A DNA stretch of 41,699 nucleotides from Candidatus Woesearchaeota archaeon (GTDB lineage: Archaea > Nanobdellota > Nanobdellia > Pacearchaeales > GW2011-AR1). The notes below the pieces were generated by a model. The model ran no database searches and was not told the origin of the DNA. It saw only the letters and a list, made by a program, of their open reading frames with translations. Both the position numbers and the translations under genes were made by a program. Positions 19,082-28,508 of this stretch are shown in pieces (within the stretch, counting starts at the first letter, position 1; the number at the start of each line of letters is the position of its first letter). The stretch spans positions 70,923-112,621 of the forward strand of contig CAZOCP010000001.1 of assembly GCA_964578345.1 (NCBI GenBank), in the 5' to 3' direction.

Positions 19082-19124
19082 ATGAGCTGTAAAGTAATTA
19101 CCGGGCGTTTACTTTACAGCTCAT
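19082..19124. other. Perfect 16-bp inverted repeat (hairpin) between oapC and cca
   Basis: ATGAGCTGTAAAGTAA-(11 nt)-TTACTTTACAGCTCAT. Confidence 0.8.
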
Positions 19125-19126
19125 GT

Positions 19127-19510
19127 TCAAAGAACCGGCGTAGTCAATTCGACGATGTACTTTCCATCTTCAAGCTGATATACTCTTGGTTTCTCTCTAG
19201 AAAATAATTTCTGTAGATCTAAGAGATACTTTCCAGGTTTAAGCACTTTCACACTTTCAAAATCTAAAAATACGGGGCTTTCCTCAGAGTCTAATCCAGA
19301 AATCTCTCTGACGTCTCTTTCTATCTGTTTTTTCTCTTTTGCTGTAAGATTTATTTCAAAATCTCTTGGCAGTTTAATTCTCTCTATCTCTAACAGCTTT
19401 TCACTTTTTATATAGAAGAAGAACTTGCTCTTGCAATCCCCGCATCCGGCCAATAAATTAGGGTCTCCTTCTTCATACAACTGAGAGCAGTGAACACATT
19501 TATAAGGCAT
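19127..19510 (-). CDS. oapC: Zn-ribbon protein OapC (DUF2072)
   Basis: MPYKCVHC..GCGDC..FFY and ESVKVLKPGKYLLDL; order oapA-B-C. Confidence 0.85.
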   Translation of the reverse strand: MPYKCVHCSQLYEEGDPNLLAGCGDCKSKFFFYIKSEKLLEIERIKLPRDFEINLTAKEKKQIERDVREISGLDSEESPVFLDFESVKVLKPGKYLLDLQKLFSREKPRVYQLEDGKYIVELTTPVL

Positions 19511-19554
19511 TATAAAACTAAAATAACTCTATTAATAAATATTTATATCTTTAT

Positions 19555-19599
19555 TATGGATAACTATCTGGCTTGGATAACTTGGGTTTGGCAGTTATC
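19555..19599. promoter_or_regulatory. Copy 1 of a 45-bp upstream element (GATAACT motifs)
   Basis: 39/45 identical to 31567-31611; lies just upstream of the oapC TATA region. Confidence 0.7.
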
Positions 19600-19648
19600 C
19601 GCTGGAGAACTGCGCACAAATGTCATGCAACTAACACAGTTCTATCTA

Positions 19649-20038
19649 TCAACTAAGAAATACCTCAATTTTTTTCGGATCTCTTTTTATTTCTTTTACA
19701 ACAGAGCTAGGGCCTATAACAGTCAGAACATTGCTGTCTCCAACCAGCCTCTTTGCAATTCCATATCTAATTTTTACAACAAAGTTCTTATCTCTCATAT
19801 CCGGCTCTATTACTGCCAATTCTATTCCCTTAAATGTTTTTAGATGGTCAACTAAAGCCATTGTATCTTCAATAAGCCTGGCTTCCTCTTCAGGACGCAG
19901 TCTGCCCTGTATTATAACTATCTTGTTTCCAAGCACAAGAGAAAGGATTTTCTTAACTCTTTCAGAAATGCCTAATTTTTCTATTTCTGAAAAAGGTATT
20001 ACATGCAGACCCAAACCTCTAATTTTTTTGTGTTTCAT
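19649..20038 (-). CDS. oapB: OapB (DUF2073)
   Basis: GRLRPEEEARLIEDTM..FKGIE..LTVIGP. Confidence 0.85.
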   Translation of the reverse strand: MKHKKIRGLGLHVIPFSEIEKLGISERVKKILSLVLGNKIVIIQGRLRPEEEARLIEDTMALVDHLKTFKGIELAVIEPDMRDKNFVVKIRYGIAKRLVGDSNVLTVIGPSSVVKEIKRDPKKIEVFLS

Positions 20039-20047
20039 TTCGATAAC

Positions 20048-20686
20048 CTAAACTTTTTTTGAAAGTTTAAATAAAGATTCATAAAATTCATCCATATTCA
20101 GTCCGTCTTTAGCAGAGATTCCTACAACATCATAATCTGGAAATATCGATTCGACTTTTTCCACATCTGCCTTTTTCAAGTCTATTTTATTTGCTACAAT
20201 AAGTAAGGGAATCTTTCTGGCTATTAAATTGCCTATAATTGTTATATTAACCTGAGAATATGGATTTTCTGAAGCATCCAACACAACCACTACAGCATCC
20301 ATATCATCTAGCCACCTGATAGATTCAATAATTCCCTGCGTAGCTTCCTTAGCCCTCTTTTTTGCATCGTTTTTCTTCACTCCATAAGCTAAAAAGTCTT
20401 CATAATCAATTTTAGTTGCAATTCCGGGGGTGTCTATTAGTTTAAAAAGCATCATCTTGCCCTTATACTTTATCTCGACTTTTTCTTTAAACTGCACTTG
20501 GCGGGTTTCATGGGGTATCTTGCTGACCACGCCTATTTCTTCACCTGTCCAGTCTTTGCATATCCTATTAGCTAGCGAAGTTTTTCCTGAATTTGGCGGG
20601 CCGTAAAATCCAATTTTTATATTGTCTTTCTTTCTAAACAAAACTCTTAAGATACGCTTTGAAAACTGTTTAATTATTCTAATCAT
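20048..20686 (-). CDS. oapA: Era-like GTP-binding protein OapA
   Basis: GPPNSGKT, PHETR, DTPG, NKID and SA motifs. Confidence 0.88.
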   Translation of the reverse strand: MIRIIKQFSKRILRVLFRKKDNIKIGFYGPPNSGKTSLANRICKDWTGEEIGVVSKIPHETRQVQFKEKVEIKYKGKMMLFKLIDTPGIATKIDYEDFLAYGVKKNDAKKRAKEATQGIIESIRWLDDMDAVVVVLDASENPYSQVNITIIGNLIARKIPLLIVANKIDLKKADVEKVESIFPDYDVVGISAKDGLNMDEFYESLFKLSKKV

Positions 20687-20691
20687 AAATC

Positions 20692-23346
20692 TTACAAATA
20701 CGGCCTTTTAATAAATCTTACGTCTCTTTGTTTTTGCAATCTTTTCGATAATTCTTTCCGCACTTTTCTTCTCTCTAGGAACTTTAAAATAGGTATCTCA
20801 TACATTCCAGTTCTCTTTCCATCAAGTTTCTTGAATGCATAACTAATTTGCTCTCTGCTCCATTTCTTTAATCTAAGCTTTTCCCCTATGTTTTCATCCT
20901 TTAAGCCGCTATATCTTGCATTATATATAAAAGTTATAACATTATACAAGTCAGCACTATCTTTAAATAAATATGATTCATAATGTCTTTTGTACCATTC
21001 TTGCAAAGCAATATAGGCAATAAACACTCCTATTAAAACAGCGAGAATCATTATTCCTGCTTTCCCGCCTTTCTTAGAAGGAGGGTGCGCAAGTTCAACT
21101 TTTTCTATTATTGAATTCAGATTTTTTGGAGCAAGATAAACTCCCAAATCAGTTGCTTGAATCTCTTCAGAAATAAAGAATTCAATAATTTCAGCTTTAT
21201 TAATAGGCACCACACTTCCCCCCAATTCCAAATTACTGGACTCTCTTTGTCCATATTCTTTCATAAAAATAGTTTCCCCAAAGGGATAATCTATGAATAA
21301 ATTTACTTCCTCAGATAATTCTTTTTTAGGGGAAATGTTGATTTTAAAGACTGTGGCGAGATCTTCTCTCACAGATCCTTTTTTTGAATATATAATTTTG
21401 AAATCAATATTACTATCAAAATTTTCATATATCCAGCTGACCAGCCCCCTCCTTAAGTAATCTCTTTGTTCATCTGAGATATCTTCTCTAATTTCAGCAG
21501 AATCTAAATATCCTAAATTAATATTTTCTCCAGCGGCAATAGTTGGGACGCGGCCTTCATAGCCAATTACAATTTCTTCAGGAATATTCAATGCAAGCAG
21601 AGCGATTACAATTTCAGAGGCATTCTCTACAGAGGCATTCAATCTAGACTTCAATATATTAACAGATTCCTGCAATGAGGCAATGCCAATTTTCTGTCTT
21701 ATTGTATTAGAAACCCAAGCAGGCAGATTGCTAATTTGCCGGCTGACATTTTTTAAATCATTTTCATACTTCAATATTAACGTGGCCGATGCAGCCTGGG
21801 CATTTCCGACAAAAATTTTAAAGGTTTTAGAAAAAGAGGTTCTATCAGTCTTAGTTATTTTAACCGAAATAGAATATTCTCCTTCATTTCTATATACATG
21901 TGCCGGGCTCTCTCCTTGGCTTTTTTCTTTAGAAGACCCATCTCCAAAATCCCATTCTACCTCGCTTATATTTTGTACTCCTTTTATATTAAACTTTGTC
22001 GGAATGCCTACAGCAATAACCAGAGGCTCAATGCTGAAGTTTAAACCGGGCGAAACTTGTATAGAGAGAGCCTGAAAAATATCTGCCCCATTAATCTTAA
22101 ACTCAAGATTAATATCTCCCTTTGCATCAAAAGGAATCGTAAAATCTGCATAGTCTAATGATAAATACAAGGGAGCAGAAGAAACTTTAGGATAAGCGCG
22201 CGCAAGATTATAAATTTCATTTGTTTCTAGACTCGTACCGCCTTCCCTATATTCTGCTTTCACATTGGTAATATCTATTTCTTGCTCAATCCCAGAAATT
22301 TTTATTGGGATAATACAATTAGGCAGGCATCCCCCGAGGTACATTTCTTCAATATACTCATTAGCAATATCAGATAATTTTTTCCCGTATTTATTTTTCA
22401 ATATATCATCATTGACTAGCATATTTACATAATCGAATTGCAAAGACTGCGCAAATAATGAATAATCTCTTGTATAACTTAGCCCACCGTTATCAGTTCC
22501 GCAAACAGGAAAACTCGTCTCAGAGGCTATAGCATAGTTTCCATTTCCTTCTTGCACAATACACAGAAAATATTCTTTTTGTTCATGAGAAGCAAATTCA
22601 ATAATGCAAGAAAGAGATTCAGTGTTCTGCGTATTTTTCGGCAAAGTGCATTCTTTTATCAGGGAATTATCTTCAGGGTCTCTAAGCTGCATTTTCAGAT
22701 TTCCAGAACCTTGGCCGCTGTTTATTATATCTCCTCCTACTCTATAAGCCGGGGCAATGGGCAAAGTTACGTTCATACAGTATTGAGTAGGGCCGATTAT
22801 CGCATTAGTATAGCTTTGCAGAGTTCTATTAAAACAGCCTTGATTTTTAGTAGAGCATTCTTTATCAATATATTTATTATTTATCAAATAAAATTCTTTT
22901 TTATCTCCAATATCAATATAGATTTGAGGATAACAAGAATTGGGAGCCTTGCTCTTTATATTAAATCCAATTGATTTAACACTCACCACGCCGTCTCCAC
23001 TCATGCGAAAACCAATTATACTTTCATTTTTCAGATTAAATTTATCTATTGCGTTATTAGCATTATAAGAACTCCCGCATCCAGCTATACTGCAATTATA
23101 GTCTCTTTCTTCTTCCAGTTCATTTTTCTTTAAAAAATCTAATAGGCTGATATTGCCTGGAAAATTACTGGTTAAAAGAGATTCGGCAGGCTCGTTATTA
23201 AAACTCATCACAACCTTTCCCTTAATAATTTCTCCAGCACCATATTCCCTTTCAATGCTGTTATTATAATAATTATAGGCGGCATTTACAAAACCGATAT
23301 TTAATATTAAAATAAAATACAGTATAATAAACGCCCACTTTTTCAT
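20692..23346 (-). CDS. Large membrane-anchored surface protein with PKD domain
   Basis: Signal peptide, Cys pairs, WDFGDG..HVY..GEY PKD motif, C-terminal TM plus basic cytoplasmic tail. Confidence 0.8.
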   Translation of the reverse strand: MKKWAFIILYFILILNIGFVNAAYNYYNNSIEREYGAGEIIKGKVVMSFNNEPAESLLTSNFPGNISLLDFLKKNELEEERDYNCSIAGCGSSYNANNAIDKFNLKNESIIGFRMSGDGVVSVKSIGFNIKSKAPNSCYPQIYIDIGDKKEFYLINNKYIDKECSTKNQGCFNRTLQSYTNAIIGPTQYCMNVTLPIAPAYRVGGDIINSGQGSGNLKMQLRDPEDNSLIKECTLPKNTQNTESLSCIIEFASHEQKEYFLCIVQEGNGNYAIASETSFPVCGTDNGGLSYTRDYSLFAQSLQFDYVNMLVNDDILKNKYGKKLSDIANEYIEEMYLGGCLPNCIIPIKISGIEQEIDITNVKAEYREGGTSLETNEIYNLARAYPKVSSAPLYLSLDYADFTIPFDAKGDINLEFKINGADIFQALSIQVSPGLNFSIEPLVIAVGIPTKFNIKGVQNISEVEWDFGDGSSKEKSQGESPAHVYRNEGEYSISVKITKTDRTSFSKTFKIFVGNAQAASATLILKYENDLKNVSRQISNLPAWVSNTIRQKIGIASLQESVNILKSRLNASVENASEIVIALLALNIPEEIVIGYEGRVPTIAAGENINLGYLDSAEIREDISDEQRDYLRRGLVSWIYENFDSNIDFKIIYSKKGSVREDLATVFKINISPKKELSEEVNLFIDYPFGETIFMKEYGQRESSNLELGGSVVPINKAEIIEFFISEEIQATDLGVYLAPKNLNSIIEKVELAHPPSKKGGKAGIMILAVLIGVFIAYIALQEWYKRHYESYLFKDSADLYNVITFIYNARYSGLKDENIGEKLRLKKWSREQISYAFKKLDGKRTGMYEIPILKFLERRKVRKELSKRLQKQRDVRFIKRPYL

Positions 23347-23368
23347 ATCTATCCAAACAATTAATTAT

Positions 23369-25672
23369 TTAAAAACATGCCGAATTCATATAGACTTTTT
23401 TAATTCTATAAATAAAAGCAATAGCTACTAAAGTAGCAATAAAATTAAAAATTCCAAAGAAAGGAAATTGAAGGTTTCCTCTACAAGGTACTCTCACCTC
23501 ACTATTTACACACGAATCTAGTGTTGCCGAAGTGCAGGTTCCACTCTGAAATTCTTTCTTAATAACAATTGTAAAATATCCATTCTCGTCGCAAGTAAGG
23601 TCTTCATTATTAGAAGAAACCAAACACAAAGGTTCATTACAATTTGTAGGAGCAATACGTGGAGAGACAGGAAGAAGACTATGTACTTTTTTTAATACGC
23701 ATTTGTTTTCATTTTGTTTCCAAATGCATCCTTCACAGAGCCACTCTCCACCGTTCTCTCGAGTTCCGCATTTAGGATTCTCAGTTACTTCTGGATTCAT
23801 AGAGTCTTCATCCCCAACACGAAAAGGATCATCTTCACATTCATTAATCGTTTTATAATCTCCGCAGCTTCTTACATTCGTAAATCCAGGATCAGAACAA
23901 CCCGCACTGATTCCATTTGTGCCAAGACCGGCTCTGCAAAAAGTTCCAGCAGGGCAGCAATCATCTCCTCGAACATTTACAGGATTACCTATGTCTCCTC
24001 CGCTAGCAACTCCATCCTCTCCCACACACCCTCCCTCATTAATCTTTTTCTTTTCTCGAACAAATCCAGCATCATCAATCTTAACAAAAACTCCCCCCTC
24101 TTCATTAAGCAAGCACTGTTCATTTCCAACAAAAGTAAAAACTCTTCTAGTCTCTTTATTCAATGTAAAAGGATTCCCTATGCTCGCAGTTAATTTAATC
24201 CATTTATCATTTTGTTCCTGTGAGAATGATGAATAAGGCTTATTTCCCTCAACAGCAGAAGCTCCTGTGCCTTCGAAAGAATATCCATCATCAAATTCCC
24301 ATATAAACTTCATAGAATCAAACCCAATATTTCCGCCAATAACCTCTTTTTTGACTAAAGGATTGCTACCGCCAGGGCATTCATTCATAGTTCGAACAGG
24401 ACAATTACCCACAACACAGTCTATTACTCCATTACATTGCTCTCCAACACCATTCTTAATTACATAACTATCTTTAGCACTAAAACTTACTCTCCTTGAA
24501 GCGCCATTAACAATTTCTTTATGTCTTGGTTTTTCAATAAAAGCTAGCAGGCCATTAGATGTTTTACCAATTATTAAAATAGCTATTTGCGCTTCAGCAC
24601 TCTGCCCGCCGTCATCAGTCACTTTTAAAGTAATAGTTTTCTGTCCAGGAGAAGCAAATTTGTATTTATTATCAGCAACTTGAGCATTCGGCTCTTCTTC
24701 AATTATCCATTTTGTTTCTTCAATAAGACCATCACTATCAGTGCTGCAGCTTTCAAAAACAATATCTTGGTCTTTAAAGTAAATTTGCCTATGCTCTGGT
24801 TTTCCTATACACGCTATTGGCGGAGACACCGAGGGATTAATATTCACTATCAAATTCATGCTTTCTTTATTAAATCCAGTTGCCCTTGCTTCAAAGTAAA
24901 ACTCAACTTCATCTTTCTCCTTATCTTCATCATTGATTGCTGATTTAGCTTTTTCAATATCATTATCAGTTATTGTCCATGAAACTTTAGCCAACCCTCC
25001 TACTTCTGTGTTTGCACTCAAGGCGTCATTTCCAACAAGAATATCATCATCGTTAATAGAATCTCTTTCCTTAATTTCAAATTTGACTTCTGTATTTGCT
25101 GGAAAACTTGTCCTAGCTATCAACCACACAGTTTTTCCTTTATTGCTGCTGGCTATTCTTTGTCCACGCCCATTTGCCCAATAAACTATATTCCTAGGTT
25201 CGCGGGCAGACGAACAGCAAACCTTTAAATTATTACCTGCGCCAATATCTACATGCGCATTACTCTCCGAGCTTAAAACCATAATTTCTCTTTCATTTAA
25301 AGAGCATTGGCTCTTTACAGAACACGCCAAATCACCATAACAAATATTTATTCCATTATCTGAATAATCTTTATTTACATGAGCATTATTATTACTAGTA
25401 AGACTAACAACAAAATTCGAAGGCTTATTTCCATTCGCAGCAGAACATTGATGAGGCTCTCTTCCAGTATATTTACCTCCAAAAATATTCTCATAACAAA
25501 CAGCTATTTGTGCATTTGTATCGCTCCATAAAGATGCGTGCGAATTAGAGTTAGAAAACAATCTTAGAATTGTTTGATCATCGTCACACTGCTCATCCGC
25601 AGAAACCCCCCCTATTAAAAATACAGAAACTAACAAGAAATACAGCCAAAAAACACCCTTTATCATACACAT
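23369..25672 (-). CDS. Cys-rich surface protein with PKD-like domains and C-terminal TM anchor
   Basis: Signal peptide; SxxN(A/S)H repeats; STDSDG..W..ITLKVTDDGG and WEFDDG; C-terminal FPFFG plus TM. Confidence 0.78.
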   Translation of the reverse strand: MCMIKGVFWLYFLLVSVFLIGGVSADEQCDDDQTILRLFSNSNSHASLWSDTNAQIAVCYENIFGGKYTGREPHQCSAANGNKPSNFVVSLTSNNNAHVNKDYSDNGINICYGDLACSVKSQCSLNEREIMVLSSESNAHVDIGAGNNLKVCCSSAREPRNIVYWANGRGQRIASSNKGKTVWLIARTSFPANTEVKFEIKERDSINDDDILVGNDALSANTEVGGLAKVSWTITDNDIEKAKSAINDEDKEKDEVEFYFEARATGFNKESMNLIVNINPSVSPPIACIGKPEHRQIYFKDQDIVFESCSTDSDGLIEETKWIIEEEPNAQVADNKYKFASPGQKTITLKVTDDGGQSAEAQIAILIIGKTSNGLLAFIEKPRHKEIVNGASRRVSFSAKDSYVIKNGVGEQCNGVIDCVVGNCPVRTMNECPGGSNPLVKKEVIGGNIGFDSMKFIWEFDDGYSFEGTGASAVEGNKPYSSFSQEQNDKWIKLTASIGNPFTLNKETRRVFTFVGNEQCLLNEEGGVFVKIDDAGFVREKKKINEGGCVGEDGVASGGDIGNPVNVRGDDCCPAGTFCRAGLGTNGISAGCSDPGFTNVRSCGDYKTINECEDDPFRVGDEDSMNPEVTENPKCGTRENGGEWLCEGCIWKQNENKCVLKKVHSLLPVSPRIAPTNCNEPLCLVSSNNEDLTCDENGYFTIVIKKEFQSGTCTSATLDSCVNSEVRVPCRGNLQFPFFGIFNFIATLVAIAFIYRIKKVYMNSACF

Positions 25673-25704
25673 AAATTAATCAAAGATATTTATAAACTAT
25701 TCTC

Positions 25705-26106
25705 TTATTTCCTCCAGATATATAACTTGACTTTTTTTGCATTTAAATTATCAGAATTCAAGGCAAATATCCTTTCAGCACTATAAATATTATTTTCAGT
25801 CTCTCTTTCAATTAAGCAATCTTCTCCCAGCTCACATATATTAAAATCATACTTCAATGCGCTATTGTGAAATCTATCCGAAAGATATGCTCTAATTTGT
25901 TCTTCAGCAGCATTTTCATTACTGCCTACAAGCCCCCTAATTGTCGTATTTTGAGCAAGCTCGTCCAAAAGCGCATTAAGTTTTATGCTCAAGTCTTTTT
26001 CCTCAGGCGCCTCTTGCCTGCTGTTTAAGAAAATCAGAGTGCCCAAAACAAGAACAACTCCTATACTTGCTTCTACAATTCTAACCCATCCTTTTTTATT
26101 CACCAT
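25705..26106 (-). CDS. Pilin-like protein (class III signal peptide)
   Basis: NKKG|WVRIVEASIGVVLVL. Confidence 0.7.
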   Translation of the reverse strand: MVNKKGWVRIVEASIGVVLVLGTLIFLNSRQEAPEEKDLSIKLNALLDELAQNTTIRGLVGSNENAAEEQIRAYLSDRFHNSALKYDFNICELGEDCLIERETENNIYSAERIFALNSDNLNAKKVKLYIWRK

Positions 26107-26804
26107 ACTTTAACCTCCAAATTTGCAAAGATTCTCTTTCCATCCTCTCTTAAAACCATTACTCTCATACTATCTGCAAAGACCTCTGTTCTTCCTTCAA
26201 TTACAGAAGAAGACTCTATTTTATCATCAGAGGAGAAAACCACGCTAAAAACAAAGTCTCTGCCAGCAGGAATTCCAATTTCATTTTTTAAGTTATCATA
26301 ATCTTCGCTATAATCTTTAGCGAGATTTTCAATATTTTTTTTAGAAACAGCCATCATTGATAAATTATAAGAGCCAAGTTTATATTTAGAACTATCAATA
26401 GTTTCTGTCAATATAAAATTATCAGCATTCGAAGCAAAATCTCCAGCATAAATATAAACTATTCTGCCGTCAGCAGGCCCCCATTCAACACTCAAAGTTC
26501 TCACTGCAAGCTTAGAAGGCATTACATCTCCCGATAAATTTTCAACTCTGATTCCTCTTGCTCCAGCATAGGTAAAAGGCAAAGTTATGATTCCTTCTGG
26601 AATATCCTCATTGACAATAACTCCATATCTCTCAATAGGAAGGCTTATTTTTTTTATAATCTTGTCCATAACGATTTCTTCAGGACTTTCTCCAACAAAG
26701 GATTTTTGTACAGGAGACAATATCAGCAGGCTTACCGATATCGCAGCTATAAAAATAATAAACGAAAGAACCATTTCCAAATGAGAAATTCCTGCTTTAT
26801 TCAT
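26100..26804 (-). CDS. Pilin-like protein (class III signal peptide)
   Basis: MNKAG|ISHLEMVLSFIIFI; ends in VKVW. Confidence 0.7.
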   Translation of the reverse strand: MNKAGISHLEMVLSFIIFIAAISVSLLILSPVQKSFVGESPEEIVMDKIIKKISLPIERYGVIVNEDIPEGIITLPFTYAGARGIRVENLSGDVMPSKLAVRTLSVEWGPADGRIVYIYAGDFASNADNFILTETIDSSKYKLGSYNLSMMAVSKKNIENLAKDYSEDYDNLKNEIGIPAGRDFVFSVVFSSDDKIESSSVIEGRTEVFADSMRVMVLREDGKRIFANLEVKVW

Positions 26805-26854
26805 TTATCTATATAACCCGTAGTGTTTATATAAATTACTTTCATCTGTTTATC

Positions 26855-27625
26855 ATGCATTCTGCTCTTATAAAAAAAATCAAGCAAAAAAAAGAATTAA
26901 GCGGACTGGCAGATTCAATTATTGAAGAAGCTATTTTAAAACATTTTAAGAAAAAAGAGGTCACTCTCTTTTATTTAGGCAGTAAAGAAGAAAAAATAGT
27001 AGTAAAGACAGTTCGAGCAGGCCTTAGAAAAATGACTGGGCAATTTCAGAAAAAAACATCAAAAAGAGAACAGCTATTAGAGCAGAATAAATTAACTGAA
27101 TTGCTAAAAACCCACAACTCAACAGCAGAACGTTTATCAGTTTACCCGCAAATAAAGAATCTATTAAAAGAGTTAAAGATATCCTCTGTTCTCGATTTAG
27201 GATGCGGATTAAATCCAATTGCTCTGTCTTCTCCGAGTATTAAATATTATGCAGCAGACATAAGAGAAGACGAGTTAAATCTTATAAAGAAATTCTTTCA
27301 AAAAAATGAAATTCAAGGAAAAGTTTTTATTTATGATTTAAGGAAAATTGAAAAAAAAGACCTGCCGAATACAGATTTATGTCTTCTATTAAAGGTTTTA
27401 GATTTGCTGGAAAGCAAAGGGCATAAAATAGCAGAGCGCATTATCAAATTAGTTCCTTCTAGATATATATTAGTCAGCTTCTCAACGAAAACCCTATCAG
27501 GCAAGCCGATGAATCATCCCCAAAGAGGATGGATAGAGCATCTGGCAAACCGGCTGCATTATAAATATAAATTAATAGAAACTAAAAATGAAAATTTTTA
27601 TTTAATTAATAAATCGTCAAACTGA
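26855..27625 (+). CDS. ArmA/Rmt (FmrO)-family SAM-dependent methyltransferase, putative 16S rRNA m7G1405
   Basis: HNSTAERL, VLDLGCGLNP, YAADI, LLLKVLDLLE and VSFSTKTLSG correspond to family motifs HxSTxERL, DxxCGxNP, LxKxxxxLE and VSFPxxSLxG. Confidence 0.75.
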   Translation: MHSALIKKIKQKKELSGLADSIIEEAILKHFKKKEVTLFYLGSKEEKIVVKTVRAGLRKMTGQFQKKTSKREQLLEQNKLTELLKTHNSTAERLSVYPQIKNLLKELKISSVLDLGCGLNPIALSSPSIKYYAADIREDELNLIKKFFQKNEIQGKVFIYDLRKIEKKDLPNTDLCLLLKVLDLLESKGHKIAERIIKLVPSRYILVSFSTKTLSGKPMNHPQRGWIEHLANRLHYKYKLIETKNENFYLINKSSN

Positions 27626-28507
27626 GTTTCCTGAAGATAGCATAAGTCTGATTCCGGTAGATATTAAAAATGCAGAAGCAGACAAAGCAAAAGAATGTTT
27701 GATGCCTTTCTTTAAAGAGCCTTCTGTCAGCTTACCAATTATTAACCCAGAAAATAAGCCCTGAGTAATCAAAAGATATAAGAACCCGTTCGAAATCTCT
27801 TCAGGAGTTAATCTCTCAGCAGGCAGGCCAGAAAGAGGCTCATCAAAAGAAGAAATATCGCTATTGAATGCATCAAAAGAGGCTACATTATTCACCAAAG
27901 GCAGGATTTTAAACTGCATTACAAGCATAATTCCAATAAAAACAAAAAATATAATATATCCTTGAACTACTAAGCTTGATATTGCTGCTCTACGCTCTTT
28001 TTTTAATTTTTCAACTTCTGCAATTGATTTTGCAGAAGATTCCAGAATATAATTTATCTCTCCTCCAGCGCGCTCTGCCTCACTGATTAAAGTAACTGCT
28101 CTCCCGATTACGGGGCTGTCTACTTCATAAGCAAAGTTTTCTAATGCTTTGTTGATAGGTATGCCCAGCGCAATCTGATTTGCTAATTTTTCAACATAAG
28201 GACTCAGAGGCCCGTAGTCTTTCTTTTTCAGATTGACTATACTTTTACTAATTGGAGTCCCAGTATTAACACTCTCAGCTAGATTTCTAGAAAACTCCAA
28301 AAACATCTCATTGATTTTCTCCTGTCTTGAGTTCTCAAGTATCAAATTAATAATAAATGGAAGAGCAGATGCACCAATTGCTATTCCTATAAGAAATAAC
28401 TGCAAGTTATGGTTTGCTTCTTTCTGCACCAGAAACAAAATAAAGGCGACAACTAATATCATCACTCCCACAATAAAACCAATCCAGTGAATACGTTTTA
28501 TTATCAT
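27617..28507 (-). CDS. Type IV pilus/T2SS-F platform membrane protein (TadC-like)
   Basis: LAESVNTG, YGPLSP, EAERAGG; TM helices. Confidence 0.85.
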   Translation of the reverse strand: MIIKRIHWIGFIVGVMILVVAFILFLVQKEANHNLQLFLIGIAIGASALPFIINLILENSRQEKINEMFLEFSRNLAESVNTGTPISKSIVNLKKKDYGPLSPYVEKLANQIALGIPINKALENFAYEVDSPVIGRAVTLISEAERAGGEINYILESSAKSIAEVEKLKKERRAAISSLVVQGYIIFFVFIGIMLVMQFKILPLVNNVASFDAFNSDISSFDEPLSGLPAERLTPEEISNGFLYLLITQGLFSGLIIGKLTEGSLKKGIKHSFALSASAFLISTGIRLMLSSGNSV

Positions 28508-28508
28508 C

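Noticed and set aside
19511-19648. Replication origin next to oap genes; GGATAA motifs resemble DnaA boxes
   Set aside because: No cdc6/orc1 or ORB G-strings in the window, the spacer is short, and the same motif recurs at the pilus ATPase promoter
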